Positions 25,630 through 39,262 of a DNA stretch of 64,000 bases are shown piece by piece. Position 1 is the first letter of the stretch, and each line of letters begins with the position of its first letter. The position numbers and the translations under genes are program-made. This DNA comes from Squalus acanthias. Lineage: Eukaryota. The stretch lies in the NCBI GenBank assembly GCA_030390025.1, contig CM059432.1, positions 101,744,001-101,808,000 on the forward strand, written 5' to 3'. The notes beneath the pieces were generated by a model. It was not told where the DNA came from. It made no database searches and saw only the letters and a list, made by a program, of their open reading frames with translations.

Positions 25630-27387
25630 GGGCTGGATTTTTCCAACCTCGGTGGGTCCGTGGTGGCCGACGTCCATGGCATGTGGGGACCCCACATCTG
25701 TCCCGATCCCGGCCTCCAACATGATTTTCTGTTGATTGGGCTTGTTAAGTCTGCCCTGCGAGGTTCCCGGCCAATTAATAGGAAGCAGGTCTGATGATGC
25801 CATTTGATGACGTGTCATCAGCCGGTTTCCTTAAAGGGACCATGTCCACATTCATTTTGACAGTTGAGCTGTCAGTGTTCTACAGCATTGAGGTGCTGCA
25901 AACACTGACAAGCACTGCACAAAGGTGCACGGCTGCACCCAGGCTCTCCCGTTACTCCCTCGGTGGGAGTCACAGCACGCAGGGAGGTTCTCATCCCTTC
26001 CAATGGGCGGAAGACACCTCCCTAGGACACCAACGCAGCCTGGTTGCACATTGCACAGGAGGACACAAGCAGGGATGTTGTCAGGAGGACCAGACTGCAG
26101 TGGCACAAACCTTTCAATGATCTCAGTAGATCATGAAACGTTACTGCAAAGCCACACTCAACCTCATCCTCCTGTGCTACTCATCACATCCCCATCACTC
26201 TGCCTTCCCTACCCTACTCCTGCACATCCTTACTCACACCAACTTACCTTGCACCTCCGCCCATCCCTCTCTATCACTGCCCCATCTCACTAGCCACCTC
26301 TCACACTCACCTTCATCCTTGTCTAATCTTTCAAACTAACAACACACAAGGGTAGGCACTTGTGTGCTTTAGCCAATGTTTGTGCAAAGTTTCTGTTAAT
26401 GTGTTGTCAAGCATTGACATCTTTATTTCAAAACTTTCCGGTCTTGAACAGACTTGTGTGCACCTTTGGAAGTGTCTTAGTGAGTTCCAGTGAATGGTGA
26501 GGCATAACGTCCCCCTCCCCCCAATGGTGATGAGTGTGAAAGGAATGGCTTGAACATTGTAGGGATGCTTTATGGTGCTGGTGTGGGGTGGTGCATCATG
26601 TGGCAGCCAGGGTGTACAGTATTAAATGAAGTAAATCTGGACATGGTGAGGCCATCGCTGGCGTCCCGGGCAGCAATGTGCATGGGTGATGATGCCCTGT
26701 GTCCAGTGCAGAATCAGTTGATTGTGGAGAAGGTTGGTGTGGATGTTGGTGCTGCTGGTGTGCCTGGTGATGCTGGTTTTGGGGCTGATTGTGTTGGGAT
26801 TCTGAGGACCAAGGTGAGATTTTTTCAAGGGCACCGATGCTGATGGAATAGATGGCAGATGAGGTTGAGATGACAGAAGCGATCTGTCAATGGTGAGAGA
26901 GGTTGTTCCAATGAGGTGACACTGGATAGAGAGTTTGCGCCAAACACTTGCAAGATGCATAAAGACAATCTGTCTTCTAAATGCAGTAAGCAACAGCTTC
27001 TAAGCTTGGAAAGTGAAGACCTATGAAATAGGATCTTTCATAGAATATTTGTAGCTGTCAGGTTAGTAATTCATTCCATGCCGACACAACACCCGACCTA
27101 CTTACCTCACATGATCTCCGCACGCGGAGAAACTCGTGGAAAAGCTGGTAAAAATGGTAAGTACATGGTAAAATCCTGCTTAACTACCTTTTAACTAGCT
27201 TTTAACTATCTAAATTGGCTGACCCGCCACTTGGTGTCGGGTCTGTTCAGGAATGACAGACCTGAGACTTGGGAAGCTGACACGGAGGCGGGTTGACAGC
27301 AAGATACTGACCCGCTGTCAACCTTTTTGATTTTGACAGCGGACCCGTCTCCGAACCCGAAGTCTGAGCGCTGGTAAAATTCTGACT
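25630..27387 (+). mobile_element. Non-autonomous Harbinger derivative, copy 2
   Basis: TIR GGGCTGGATTTT; Myb remnant on plus strand near 25900-26135; inverted relative to the other copies. Confidence 0.88.
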
Positions 27388-27658
27388 GGGGAATGGGACT
27401 CGGGGATGAGAGCTCGGGGGGAGAGGGGGAATGGGGTCAAGAGATTGGGGCTCGGGCGGCTGGGAGAGAGGGAGACTGGGATACAGACAATTGGGGTTCG
27501 GGGGGGAGGGAGAAGGAGATTAGAGAATGGGGTGAGCGTGAGCCACAGCATTTTCTGCAGGACCAGGAGCCGCAGCAGCAAATGGAAGCAGCACCGAAAC
27601 GAGAGGGGAGAAGCCCATAATTGGGTGAGCGAAACCTGTGGACTTTATAATGTAAATT

Positions 27659-29382
27659 TGGGGGAATTTTCTGGGGTGGTCAGTGGGCGGGATCGGCAGC
27701 GGATCAGGTGAGAAAGTCACGACCCCGCTGTCAACCCGCCGCCACGTGCCTTTACCAAATGTCAGGTCTGTCAGCGCTGAGCAGACCTGATACAGAACGG
27801 CAATTCAGGTTATTTTAACCTTGTTAACAGAGGATTAACAACAATTTTGAGCTCACTTTTAGAATTTACCAGCTCGTCAACGGGGTCCACACTGCTCGGG
27901 GATCACATCTGTTAAGCTGGGCGGGAGTTGAATAGCTACGGAATCATCTCATTACTTGACAGCTACAAATGTGCTATAAAAGCTCCCATCTCACAGCTGT
28001 TCACTTTCCAAGCTCAGAAGCTGTTGCTTACTGCATTTGGAAGACCGATTGAGCTTTATGCAGGTTGCAAGTGTTTGGAGCAAACTCTCTATCCAGTGTC
28101 ACCTCATTGGAACAACCTCTCTCACCATTGACAGATCGCTTCTATCATCTCAAATTCACCTGCCATCTATTCCATCAGCATGGGTACGGTTTATACGCTC
28201 TCACCTTGCGTCCTCAGAATCCGAACACGATCAGCCCCAAAACCAGCATCACCAACAACACCAACCTTCTCCGCAATCATCTGATGCTGCACAGGACACA
28301 GGGCATCAGCACCTGACCACATTGCTGCCTGGGACGCCAGCGATGGCCTCACCATGTCCAGATTTACTTCACTTGACACTGTATACCCTGGCTGCCACAT
28401 GATGTGCCAGATTGGCACCACCCCACACCAACAACATAAAGCATCCCGATAATGCCCAAGCCATTCCTTTCACACTTATCACCATTGTGGGGGGTACCAT
28501 TATGTCTCACCATTCACTGGAACTCACTAAGCCACTTCCAAAGGTGCATACAAATCTGTCCAAGAACGCAAAGTGTTGAAAATAAAGATTTCAATGTTTG
28601 ACAGCACATTAACAGAAACTTCACATGAACATTAGCTAAAAAACACAAGTGCCTACCCTTGTGTGTTGTTAGTTGGTATGACTGGACTCGGATGAGGGTG
28701 AGTGTGAGGGGTGGCTAGGGAGATGGGGCAGTGATAATGTAGATAGAGAGGGATGGGTGGAGGTGTAAGGCAAGTTGGTATGAGTAAGGATGTGCAGGAG
28801 TAGGGTCGGGAAGGCAGAGTGATGGGGATGTGATGAGTGGCACAGCAGGATGAGGTTGAGTGTGGCTTGGCAGTAATGTTTTGTGATCTACTGAGATCAT
28901 TGAAAGGTTTGTGCCACTGCAGTCTGGTCCTCCTGACAACATCCTTGCTTGTGTCCTCCTGTACAATGTGCAACCAGGCTGCGTTGGTCTCCTGGGGAGG
29001 TCTCTTCCACCCATTGGAAGGGACAAAAAGCTCCCTGTCTGCAGTGACTCCCTCCATAAGCATATGGAGGGAGTCATGGGAGAGCCTGGGTGCAGCTGTG
29101 CACCTCTGTGCAGAGCTTGTCATTGTTTGCAGCACTTCAATGCTGTAGAACACTGACAGCACAAACATCAAAGTCAATTTGCACATGATCCCTTGTAGGA
29201 AACCGGCTGATGATGTCATCAGTCCTGCTTCCTTCAATTGGCCAGGAAACTCGCTGGGCGGGCTTAACAAGCCCAATCAGGGGAAATTCATTTCAGACAG
29301 CGGGTTAGAGCCAGCAGCGAGGCTGTGACCCACCACCGACCTCGCCTGCCACGGACCCGCCCAGGTAGGGGAAATCGCGGCC
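27659..29382 (-). mobile_element. Non-autonomous Harbinger derivative, copy 3
   Basis: Collinear with copy 1; TSD ATT (27656-58, 29383-85); Myb/SANT remnant open within ORF 28653-29276. Confidence 0.88.
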
Positions 29383-29404
29383 ATTGCTTCTACTGGTGGG
29401 TGAA

Positions 29405-29680
29405 TGGGGAACAAAGGGACAGAGTCTGAGGATTCTCGCTGGAAGAATCAAGGGTCAAGGTTTTTGTACTGAGGACTATTACAACATGGGATGCTTCACC
29501 ACAAGTGGCACTTGAGGGAGAGACTAGAACATCATTTAATATGGAATGGGGTAAGTATTTGAAAAGGAGGAATATAAAAGGATCTGGGGGGAATGGGGTT
29601 ACAGAAGAGAATGCAGCACTGGCACAGGTACAGGGAGCCGAATGGCCTCCTCCTGTGCTGTAGTTTCTATAACTCCATGA
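29405..29680 (+). mobile_element. Degenerate CR1 3' fragment
   Basis: Ends in GCCGAATGGCCTCCTCCTGTGCTGTAG tail. Confidence 0.6.
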
Positions 29681-29877
29681 AAACTCTCCTTTGTTGTGTC
29701 TAAGCCCAGGGAGTGGTTTAGAAATGTTGCTGCTGAGCTGAGTTTAGGAAATGTGTCCTGTGAAAAGTGCCTCAAACAACGAGCCGGCTGCCCTTTGTGC
29801 GATCTATCGGTTTGGTTCAAATCGGTCTGTGGTGGCCAGCTTTGACGTGTGAAATCCAAGTTGAGATCGCCTCTGAC

Positions 29878-30028
29878 CAATGTTCCCTGTAAACTGCACT
29901 TTGTTTTGTGGGGCCTGTTTCTTTTAAATTTCTGCGCATGCGCATTATTTACGATGTAAAAGCCAGCGGGCAGCCTGCGCGGGACCTTTCCCATTACTCT
30001 GCGGTCGCACAGCTTAGAGGGAACATTG
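29878..30028. mobile_element. hAT-type MITE (151 bp)
   Basis: TIRs CAATGTTCCCTGTAA / TTAGAGGGAACATTG; 8-bp TSD CCTCTGAC / CCACTGAC. Confidence 0.85.
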
Positions 30029-30924
30029 CCACTGACTGAGGTTCCCAGTTCAAAGTTGTCACCTTGATACAGAACCTGAGTCCAAAACAGAGTCCAAGAA
30101 GATAAGGAGAGAGATTGCGCCTGTTAAAAGTGGCATCGACTGGAGAGCCTGACCACACCTTTTGCAGTGCAGGGGAATTCTTGCTGTAGTTATCGGGTGA
30201 ATATTAGCAGATTATAGGATTACTACTAGTTACAGTTGGATATCGGAGCATCACACCTATTACTACCTGTTACATATAGACTATCAGTGAGTTCTAGTAC
30301 TATTGTTGGTTATGAGGGGAATCTGAATGCTACCAATATTACTGTTAGTTATTGTCGCAATTTCAGTGAGTTACTGTTAGTTACTGATGGAATCAAAGTT
30401 CCTCCCACCTCTGATTTCCCGCCTGAGAATCCCTCCCCCCACCTTTGGTTTCTTCTCATCCCCGTCCTCGGTTTCCCTTCTTCGCCTGTTCGTGGGTGGC
30501 CTCCGGGTTGTCAGAACTTCTTGCACAATGGCTGGCATGAAACCAGGAGCAAAGATACTGAACTACAGGCGACCCAACCGTTATAAGGTAAATGCAATAA
30601 CGTGTAATCAGATGTCACATGGTCAGACGTCACATGGTTAGATGCCACATAGTCAAACCTCCAGGACTACCTCCAACCAGAGATGGCAAGCCTATTTACA
30701 ACAAACAGTCTTGCAGTAATAATACTTCATAGAAATTAGAGGGATATGTCTGTTCTGTTACCCGAGAGCAAAATGGTAACAATCTTCTGGCTACCGATAC
30801 CATCGCATCTTGCTTTACAGAGTTTTGGATCCCATAAAATAATAAATGTGCCCATGTGTCAGTAAGTTAGGCTCTGTAGCATTTTATATTTACACAAAAC
30901 AGAAACAGCAAATGTACCTTTTTT

Positions 30925-32110
30925 TTACTCAATCTCAGGATGTGGGCATGACTGGTATTGATCGCCCATTCCCAGTCTCCCTGAGAAGGTGGTGGTGGGC
31001 CTTCTTTTTGAACTGCTGCAGTCCATATGGTATTCTTTGTAATGGATTAATACAATTAAGTGGCTTGCTAGGTCACTTGAGGGCAGTTAAGAGTCAACCA
31101 CATTGATGTGGGACCGGAGTCACATATAAACTGGGTAAGGATGTTGGCCCAGAAATTGGACTTCGATGGTTGCCGCGGGGGTAAGGATCCCCCGCGATAT
31201 CGCACTCCGCGCCTGCCTTTATGGTTTTGGCCCACACGAACTTCAGCTCCTGGGCCTCTCCCTGGTGCCGGCGCGCAGTGTGTGCGTGTCCCAGAGGCGC
31301 AGTTAGTTCGATGCGACCTCTGGGATCACGTGGGCCAGTTAGAGCCAATGGCAGCACACCAACTTTCATTCATAGTTTTGACAGCAAGAGCTGTCAAAGC
31401 TATGAATACAACTTGCCCCCAAAAGAACAGCTAAACCTCAATTAAATTTAAAAAAAACCCATCACATTAATAAAATAACTATAGTTAAATAAATTAACCA
31501 CTTTAAACAAAAATTTAAATTTTTGAAAAAATTTAAATTCTTTTTAAAAGTTATAAAAATAAACTTACCTTTCTTTAAAGTCTCTAAAAAAGATAAACCT
31601 GTTAAAAAAATTTAAAATAATACTTAATTAACTACTTACCTTGTTAAAAGGGGGTCTTACGCCTGCTTTCTTCATGTGTAAAATCTTCAACACTTACCTT
31701 CGCGTTCAAACCTGAAAAAAAAACTAAGTGTGCTGCGTGCGCACAGCCTGTAGCTCAGCACAGCCCCCTTCGCAATATCGGAAGTGCCGGTTTCCCGCGC
31801 ATGCGCAGTGCATGCAGGAAACCGGCACTTCGGGACCGAATATGGGTGAGTACACAGTGCGTACTCTCCCGTATTCGGATGAATTTCTGGGCTGTTATGT
31901 TTGCTTCGCTGAAAGACATTAATGAACCAGTTGCGTTTTTAAGTCAATCCAAAAGTTTTTCATGGTCATTTTTACTGCTACTAGCTCATTATTTGCAGAT
32001 TTTTCTTTAAACTGAATTAAAATTCTCACACTGCCGTGGTGAGATTTGAACTCACATTTAATGGCTTATTAGTCCAGGGCTCTTGATTTCTAGTCTAGTA
32101 GCATTACCGT
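30925..32110 (-). mobile_element. tRNA-headed SINE family B, split by MITE 31146-31893
   Basis: Both flanks are the reverse complement of the 6198-6599 SINE. Confidence 0.75.
31146..31893 (+). mobile_element. Harbinger-type MITE (family D)
   Basis: TIRs GGCCCAGAAATT / AATTTCTGGGCT, TSD GTT; GC-rich ends and AT-rich core shared with 59449 and 63599. Confidence 0.88.
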
Positions 32111-32647
32111 ACCCAACAAATCCTATGCTGAACAGCCACCCAAACAAATAGGCTTTTACATATTTTGAGGACATAAATGAGCCATATTAGTCATCCACTC
32201 TAAATAGTTATACTTTTATTCCAGGTGACACCACAACAGGCGCCACGGCCAGGTTATGTTACAGAACTGCGTCTGACGCAAGCGTTGAATACTCTGCCCA
32301 CCCATGGCCACAAACAAATGTCAGGCAGTGCTATTTACGCTGCAGCATAGGCTTTTTACCTCAATGAGCACAGGCAGAAATTACCTCAAAGAGGCTGTTT
32401 GTTCCTCAAGCGGCATTTACATTGTAGCACTTACATTGCAGCACTGTCACTGGTAACATTATTAACATGTAAATGTAGCACCAATGATGCTCTAGTAGTG
32501 ATGCTCAGACCTGTATTCTTCTAAATTGGATAAAGACAAGTTTGGAGCACTTACTTAATATTTCATTTTTTGCAATTTTAGATAAATAGTGACTTTTGGT
32601 CTAAAGATATTTTTGAAGTCAAAAGTCTACCACAATTCTTTTACACA

Positions 32648-33370
32648 AGGCTTTGGGGAGTCCGGAGGTGAGACACTTGCCGCAGAATGCCCAGCCTCTG
32701 ACCTGCTCTCATAGCCACAGTATTTATGTGGCTGGTCCAGTTAAGTTTCTGGTCAATGGTGAACCCCAGGATATTGATGATGGGGGATTCAGCGATGGTA
32801 ATGTTGTTGAATGTCAAAGGGCGGTGGTTAGATTCTCTCTCATTGGAGATGGTCATTACCTGGCACTTGTGTGGCACAAATGTTACTTGCCACTTACCAG
32901 CCCAAGCCTGAATGTCGTCCAGGTCTTGCTGCATGCGGGCATGGACTGCTTCATTATCTGAGGAGCTGCGAATGGAACTGAACACTGTGCAATCATCAGC
33001 AAACATCCCCACGTCTGACCTTATGATGGAGGGAAGGTCATTGATGAAGCAGCTGAAGATGGTTGGGTCTAGGACACTGCCCTGAGGAACTCCTTCAGCG
33101 ATGTCCTGGGGTTGTGATGATTGGCCTCCAACAACCACAACCATCTTCCTTTGTGCTAGGTATGACTCCAGCCAATGGAGAGTTCTCCCCCTGATTCCCA
33201 TTGACTTCAGTTTTATTAGGGCTCCTTGATGCCAGACTCGGTCAAATGCTGACTTAATGTCAAGGGCAGTCACTCTCCCCTCACCTCTGGAATTCAGCTC
33301 TTTTGTCCATATTTGGACCAAGGCTGTAATGAGATCTGGAGCTGAGTGGTCCTGGTGGAGCCCAAACTAA
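32648..33370 (-). mobile_element. Non-LTR retrotransposon RT fragment (second CR1/L2-group family)
   Basis: [43 protein letters not shown] in ORF 32641-33321. Confidence 0.9.
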
Positions 33371-33975
33371 GCGTGCCCATACTACCCAGTATAACTATAT
33401 AATAGGACGTACTAAGGGTGTAACAATAGGACCCCCCTTGCATTCTGAACTGAATATTGTGCTTTTTGCATGTACCTCCATGTGCGCCTCACTGGACAGT
33501 TCAAAGGCGAACCAAGAAAACACTTGGTTACGTGAAACCAAATAAAAATCATTAATTTTCTTTCACAGCACATGAATACACAGAGCAACAGTTATGATCA
33601 GACTCATTCAGTTTAATTAGTACCAATTGTCTCTGTGTAATAATACAAAACAATAAACATCATCTTGCTTGGCTCAAACAAAATAGCTACTAATTACCCA
33701 CCTGTATTCTAACCTTCTGAATCTGGTAAACATTTGCCCTTACAGATTTTTGTTTAAAAAGCAGACTTATCAGTGAGTGTTTGTGTCTCCGATTTTGTCT
33801 CCCTGGGTTCACAGCCCAAGGAGAGTCCCTATGCCAGATAACCCCTACCGTGTACCCAAGACCAGGACCTTCCAACATAATGAGTGTGAGGGATTTATCA
33901 ATTAGTATATTATAGACCTATCATCTCAGTACCTTTTTAAATCATTGTGTGAATACATTTTGCTTTAAAAATGTA

Positions 33976-34596
33976 GGGGGAAAAATTCGGTTGGCAACGC
34001 CCCGGACCGGATATTGAGTCGCACCCCCTGCCTTAACGCCTGCCGCTAGGAATGACAGGTAGAGGGGAACGTTTTCAAGTCAGGAAGGGGCTGGGGGAAC
34101 GCTATTTAAAGGCGGGCATTTCCTGCCTTTTCTTGTCAGCAAAATTTTTGGTTTTAACGCTGTCCTAAGGAGTTTTGGCCCTCAGCACCACTTTTGTGGT
34201 TCCTAAGTGCCGAGCTCTTTCCCTGGGCCTATCCATTAGTGCTTCCAACACAATTGCTTTTGAAGTCTCTCCAGGCTGAGATTCAAGGCTGCAATGAGCA
34301 GGGAGTGGCTGGCCAGCAAGATGGCCCCTCCCCTTTAAGAACTGGACAGCGCCAGTCTGTCTGGCTTCCATGGTATTTGGCATCACATGAGCTTCGGTAG
34401 CGTTCTGAGGTAGCGCCTCGCTCCCTGACATTTGCGCCTTAAGAGAGGTGTGTAGCGCCTGATTTAGCGCTCAAGTCACCTCCAGGGGCGATAGAGGCGA
34501 ATTTTGCAATCGGAAACGATAATTAGTGCCGGGCACTAAACTTTGCGCCCAGCCGATATTAGCGCCCCAAAATGGCCGATTCTGAATTTTTCCCCC
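33976..34596 (+). mobile_element. Harbinger-derived MITE (family A-related)
   Basis: TIRs GGGGGAAAAATTC / GAATTTTTCCCCC; internal similarity to 57764-58649; start of Myb gene (MDRPRERA) on minus strand. Confidence 0.85.
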
Positions 34597-35235
34597 TTAT
34601 TCTTTCCAGGGAAAATAGTCAAAAATGATTGTTCTATGTTTATTTTAGATTTCCATTATTCATATTTTCTCTTTACACCAATAATAAATTAATCCACTTT
34701 GAAGTTTTTTAATGTGGTTCATAAAAAGGCTACAATGCAGCCCTGTAGCAAAATTCACTGGTATGACAGCTGTGTTAACACATGGGTTCACACCTACAAT
34801 TCCCTCCACTCTAAGTTGTGATCTCAGCTTGGCAGCGGAGAGGAAAGCTTACATTTAATTGAATGCAAAAACAAAATAAAACGGAAGAAATATAAAAGGT
34901 TGCTGATCTGTTTAATATTTCAAAAAAGAAGAAAAAAGCTATTTTCACTGGCATTTCTGTGAAATTTTGATGCAGTTTGACAAGAGATGATGGCTGAAAA
35001 GTGTGATATTACAGATTACCTTTCTCTAGTATAACCACAAAGATTTCTTTAACAGTACACACAAGCAATGAAACAAATATGGTGGAAAAGTTTATGTTTT
35101 ACATAGGTCATGATTGCACCTTCAATTACACAAATTTAAAATATTTTGTTGTCAGATGAAGGCACTTTTTATAGACTGTGGATATATATAGTAATTTAGC
35201 AAAATAGGTATATTTTTTAATATCTAAAATATATA

Positions 35236-35465
35236 GGTACGGTATGGTAACATACTAGTAATTCAGAGGCCTGGACTAATAATCTCGAGATGTGAGTTCA
35301 AATCCCACCATGGCAGTTTATGAATTTGAATTCAGTTAACTAAAATAAATTTGGAATAAAAAGCTAGCATCAGTAATGGTGACCATGAAGCTATCGGATT
35401 GTCGGAAAAACCCATCTGGTTCACTAATGTACTTTAGAGAAGGAAACTTGTCATCCTTACCCTTA
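35236..35465 (+). mobile_element. tRNA-headed SINE family B, 3'-truncated
   Basis: GTGAGTTCAAATCCCACC...AAAAACCCATCTGGTTCACTAATG matches 6250-6420. Confidence 0.8.
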
Positions 35466-36145
35466 TGATGATAAATCAGCGATGCTGCAACAAGTATTAC
35501 CCCTTTAGTATATTTGTTATCAAGGGTCAACCATGCTGAGCACTCTGAGCGTTGGCCTTTACATTGGAAACCAGCATTAGTAAAACCACAGGCTCAAAAC
35601 TGGCAACTTAACTGCTTGAGCTTCACTGTCAAGGTTTATGATGTCAATTAAGACCTAACCCCACCCCCCTCCAAATTATATTATTGTCTTTTACATATGT
35701 TCTATAAAATTCCTACATAAACTCAATATAAATTTCTAATAATACAGATAATAGAGAATAAATGCAAGACCGCATTTTAAACTTGGCATTCAAGGTGACA
35801 GGTATAAACGAGTCAAGTATTGGTTTTGCATTTTGGATATCATCAGAATCTCAATTGGATTGCTGCTCTGCAATGTTTTCCTAGATGCCCATTGTTCTCA
35901 ATGTACTCACGTTGCACGTATAAGGACAATTTAGAAAGCTCTACTGTAAGTATGTATGCCACAGTGGTAGGCTTAAAATCAGATTTACAGTTTATAGTTA
36001 TCCCCTGTTGATGAGCTCTGTTATTCAGCTCAAACCCCAGCAATTTCAAAGCAGATGTATACCGATGACATAGGCCTGGGATCCCCAGTGGGTTGTACCC
36101 ATGACCCCTCAGTGTAGTTTGTCGTATTTATCGTTGTAAAAGCAG

Positions 36146-36465
36146 ATAGGGTAGATACAGAGAATCCATTTCTTCTGGTGAGGGAATGCAGAACAAGAGG
36201 GCAGAATCTTAAAATTTGAGCAAGGCCATTAGTGAAATCAAAACGCACTTTTTCAAATAAAGGGTAGTGGAAATCTGGAACTCGCTCCTCCAAAGGGCTG
36301 TGGATGCTGGGTCAATTGAAATTTTCAAGACTGATAAGCAAGATTGTTGTTAATTAAGGGTTTTAAGGGAAATGGAACAAAGGCGGTTAATAAAGGTGCG
36401 GTACAGATTGGAGGTGAGGTACTCAAGGAACTGAATGGCCTACTCTGGTCCTATGTTTCTATGGA
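36146..36465 (+). mobile_element. CR1 3' fragment
   Basis: C-terminal ORF2 sequence and GAATGGCCTACTC tail. Confidence 0.78.
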
Positions 36466-36799
36466 TTCTTTGTTTTTTTTTTAATCCATCCCAGTGGGGT
36501 TTTACTGTGAAACCAATGCTACAAAACAGATGCACTGGCTATGGACAAGCTCAGTGGGATGCCGCCAAAAAATAAAAACTGTAATAATAGTGAATCTATG
36601 GATTTAGTGTTCCATATACTAATGAACAAAGTGGCAATTACATTATTTTCCACTGTATCTATGTAGCAGCTGTCATATAGTTCTGATGTTGAACTGCTCA
36701 ATTATATTAGTATCTCAGCACCATTGAATATACACAGAATTCAATATCCAATTCTGTGGTGCTATAATTGACTACAATGTATAGTATATGGGGCTATAG

Positions 36800-37861
36800 G
36801 GAGGGAGGAACTTAAAAAAATCTCTATCACTAGAGAAAAAGTACTAGGCAAACTAATGGGGCTAAAGGCCAACAAGTCCCCTGGACCTGATTGCCTGCAT
36901 CCTAGGGTCTTCAAAGAAGTGGCTGTAGATATAGTGGATGCGTTGGTTGTAATCTACCAAAATTCCCTGGATTCTGGAGAGGTCGCAGTGGATGGAAAAC
37001 CGCAAATGTAACGCCACTATTCAAGAAAGGAGGGAGACAGAAAGCAGGAAAGTAAAGGCCAGTTAGCCTAACATCTGTCATTGGGAAAATGCTGGAATCC
37101 ATTATTGAGGAAGTAATAGCAGGACATTTAGAAAATCATAAGACAATCAAGCAGAGTCAACATGGTTTTATGAAAGGGAAATCGTGTTTGACAAATTTGC
37201 TAGAGTTCTTTGAGGATGTAACAAACAGGGTGGATAAAGGGGAACCAGTAGATGTAGTTTATTTGGATTTCCAGAAGGCATTTGATAAGGTGCCACATAA
37301 AAGATTACTGCACAAGATAAGAGCGCACGGGGTTGGGGGTAATATATTGGCATGCATAGGGGATTGGCTAACTAACAGAAAACAGAGAGTCGGGATAAAT
37401 GGGTCATTTTCCGGTTGGCAATCAGTAACTAGCGGGGTGCCACAGGGATCAGTGTTGGGGCCTCAACTATTTACAATCTATATTAATGACTTGGATGAAG
37501 GGACTGAGTGTACTGTAGCCAAATTTGCTGATGATACAAAGATAGGTGGGTTAGCAAGTTGTGAGGAGGACACCATGGGCTGGATTTTGTCTTGGGGTCG
37601 GGTTGGGGTCGTGTTACCCGCATTTCGTGTTGTCCCCCCGACTCCACATTAATGTGGATGAATGATGCAATTTTCACTTAATTGGGCAATTGAGTTCCAG
37701 CATGTGGGAACCCATGAACCAATTAGTGGTTTCAGTGGGAAAGTCGCCTCTGATGATGTCATCATTGCAGGCTGCCTGGTCTCAGAGATTGCCTGGCTTT
37801 TGCTGTGAGTGGAGCTGTCTGGCTTTTGCTGTGAGTGGAACTGGATGCAAAATGAGCAGCG

Positions 37862-37903
<42 letters not shown>

Positions 37904-39262
37904 ATGAGAATTTTTTTCCATCCAGGGCCTCTCACAGCAAGGCCAGGCAGTCTCTGAAGACAATGCAGCAGCATCAGAGGCGACTTTCAGACATAATACT
38001 ACTACCTTCATCACAATACTACTACTACCTTCATCACATCTCCGTTGTAATAGTGGACCTGCAGCTAATAGTCAGCTATCCACTTGTGCTCCTGCCAGGT
38101 TTCACTGGAGTGTTTCACATCAGGCGTACTTCATGTCGGAAAAGGGTTAAACTAGCTAAAACGTTTCAAAATGGCATTACAGAGCCAATTTAGGCCTTGT
38201 TAAGGGCTTTAATGGCCTCTCCTGCCTCTTGGAGGCGGGACGGAGTCGGGAACTCCGTGACCGATTTTGTCAAAATTGCGTGGAAGCGGGATGGAGTCGG
38301 GACCCGACCCCGCAACTTTAACCCCCCGCACTCCTCCAAACCCGACTCCACAGGTCATTGAAAATCCAGCCCAAAGAGTCTGCAAAGGGATATAGATAGG
38401 TTAAGTGAGTGGGCAAAAATTTGGCAGATGGAGTATAATGTGGGAAAATGTGAGGTTATCCACTTTGGAAGGAAGAGTGAAAAAGCAAATGATTATTTCT
38501 ATGGAGTGAGACTACAAAATACTGCGGTACAAAGGGATCTGGGGGTCCTAGTACATGAAACACAAAAAGTTAGCATGCAGGTACAGCAAGTAATAAGGAA
38601 GGCTAATGGAATGTTGGCCTTTATTGCAAGGGGTATGGAGTATAAAAGTAGGGAAGTTTTGATGCAACTTTACAGGGCGCTGGTGAGACCGCACCTGGAG
38701 TACTGTGTACAGTTTTGGTCTCCATATTTAAGGAAGGATATACTTGCATTGGAGGCAGTGCAGAGAAGGTTCACTATGTTGATTCCTGGGATGAAGGGGT
38801 TGACGTATGATGAAAGGTTGAGCAGGTTGGGCCTATACTCATTGGAGCTTAGAAGAATGAGACGTGATCTTATTGAAACATGTAAGATTCTGAGGGGGAT
38901 TGACAGGGTTGATGCTGAGAGGATGTTTCCCCTAGTGGGGGTATCTAGAACTAGGGGGCATACTTTCAGAATAAGGGTCGCCCATTTAAGATGGAGATGA
39001 GGAGGAATTTTTTCTCTCAGAGGGTCGTGAATCTTTGGAATTCTCTGCCCCAGAGAGCTGTGGAGGCGGAGTCATTAAATACATTCAAGGCGGAGATTGA
39101 CAGACATTTGAACTACAAGGGAGCCGAGGGGTATGGGGAGAGAGCGGGAAAGTGGTGTTGAGGCCAAGATTGGATCAGCCATGATCTTACTGAATGGCGG
39201 AGCAGGCTCGAGGGACCGATTGGCCTACTCCTGATCCTGTTTCTTATGTTTTTATGTTCTTA
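36800..39262 (+). mobile_element. CR1 LINE RT region to 3' end, split by MITE 37577-38372
   Basis: [44 protein letters not shown]; frame resumes at 38373 (KSLQRDIDRL); 3' tail. Confidence 0.95.
37577..38372. mobile_element. Harbinger-type MITE containing a (GA)n tract at 37861-37902
   Basis: Perfect 12-bp TIR GGGCTGGATTTT / AAAATCCAGCCC interrupting the CR1 frame. Confidence 0.88.

Noticed and set aside
29690..30695. Possible LTR or hAT element around the 151-bp MITE (ends TGGCAAGCCTA)
   Set aside because: Only one candidate terminus; no matching left end or TSD
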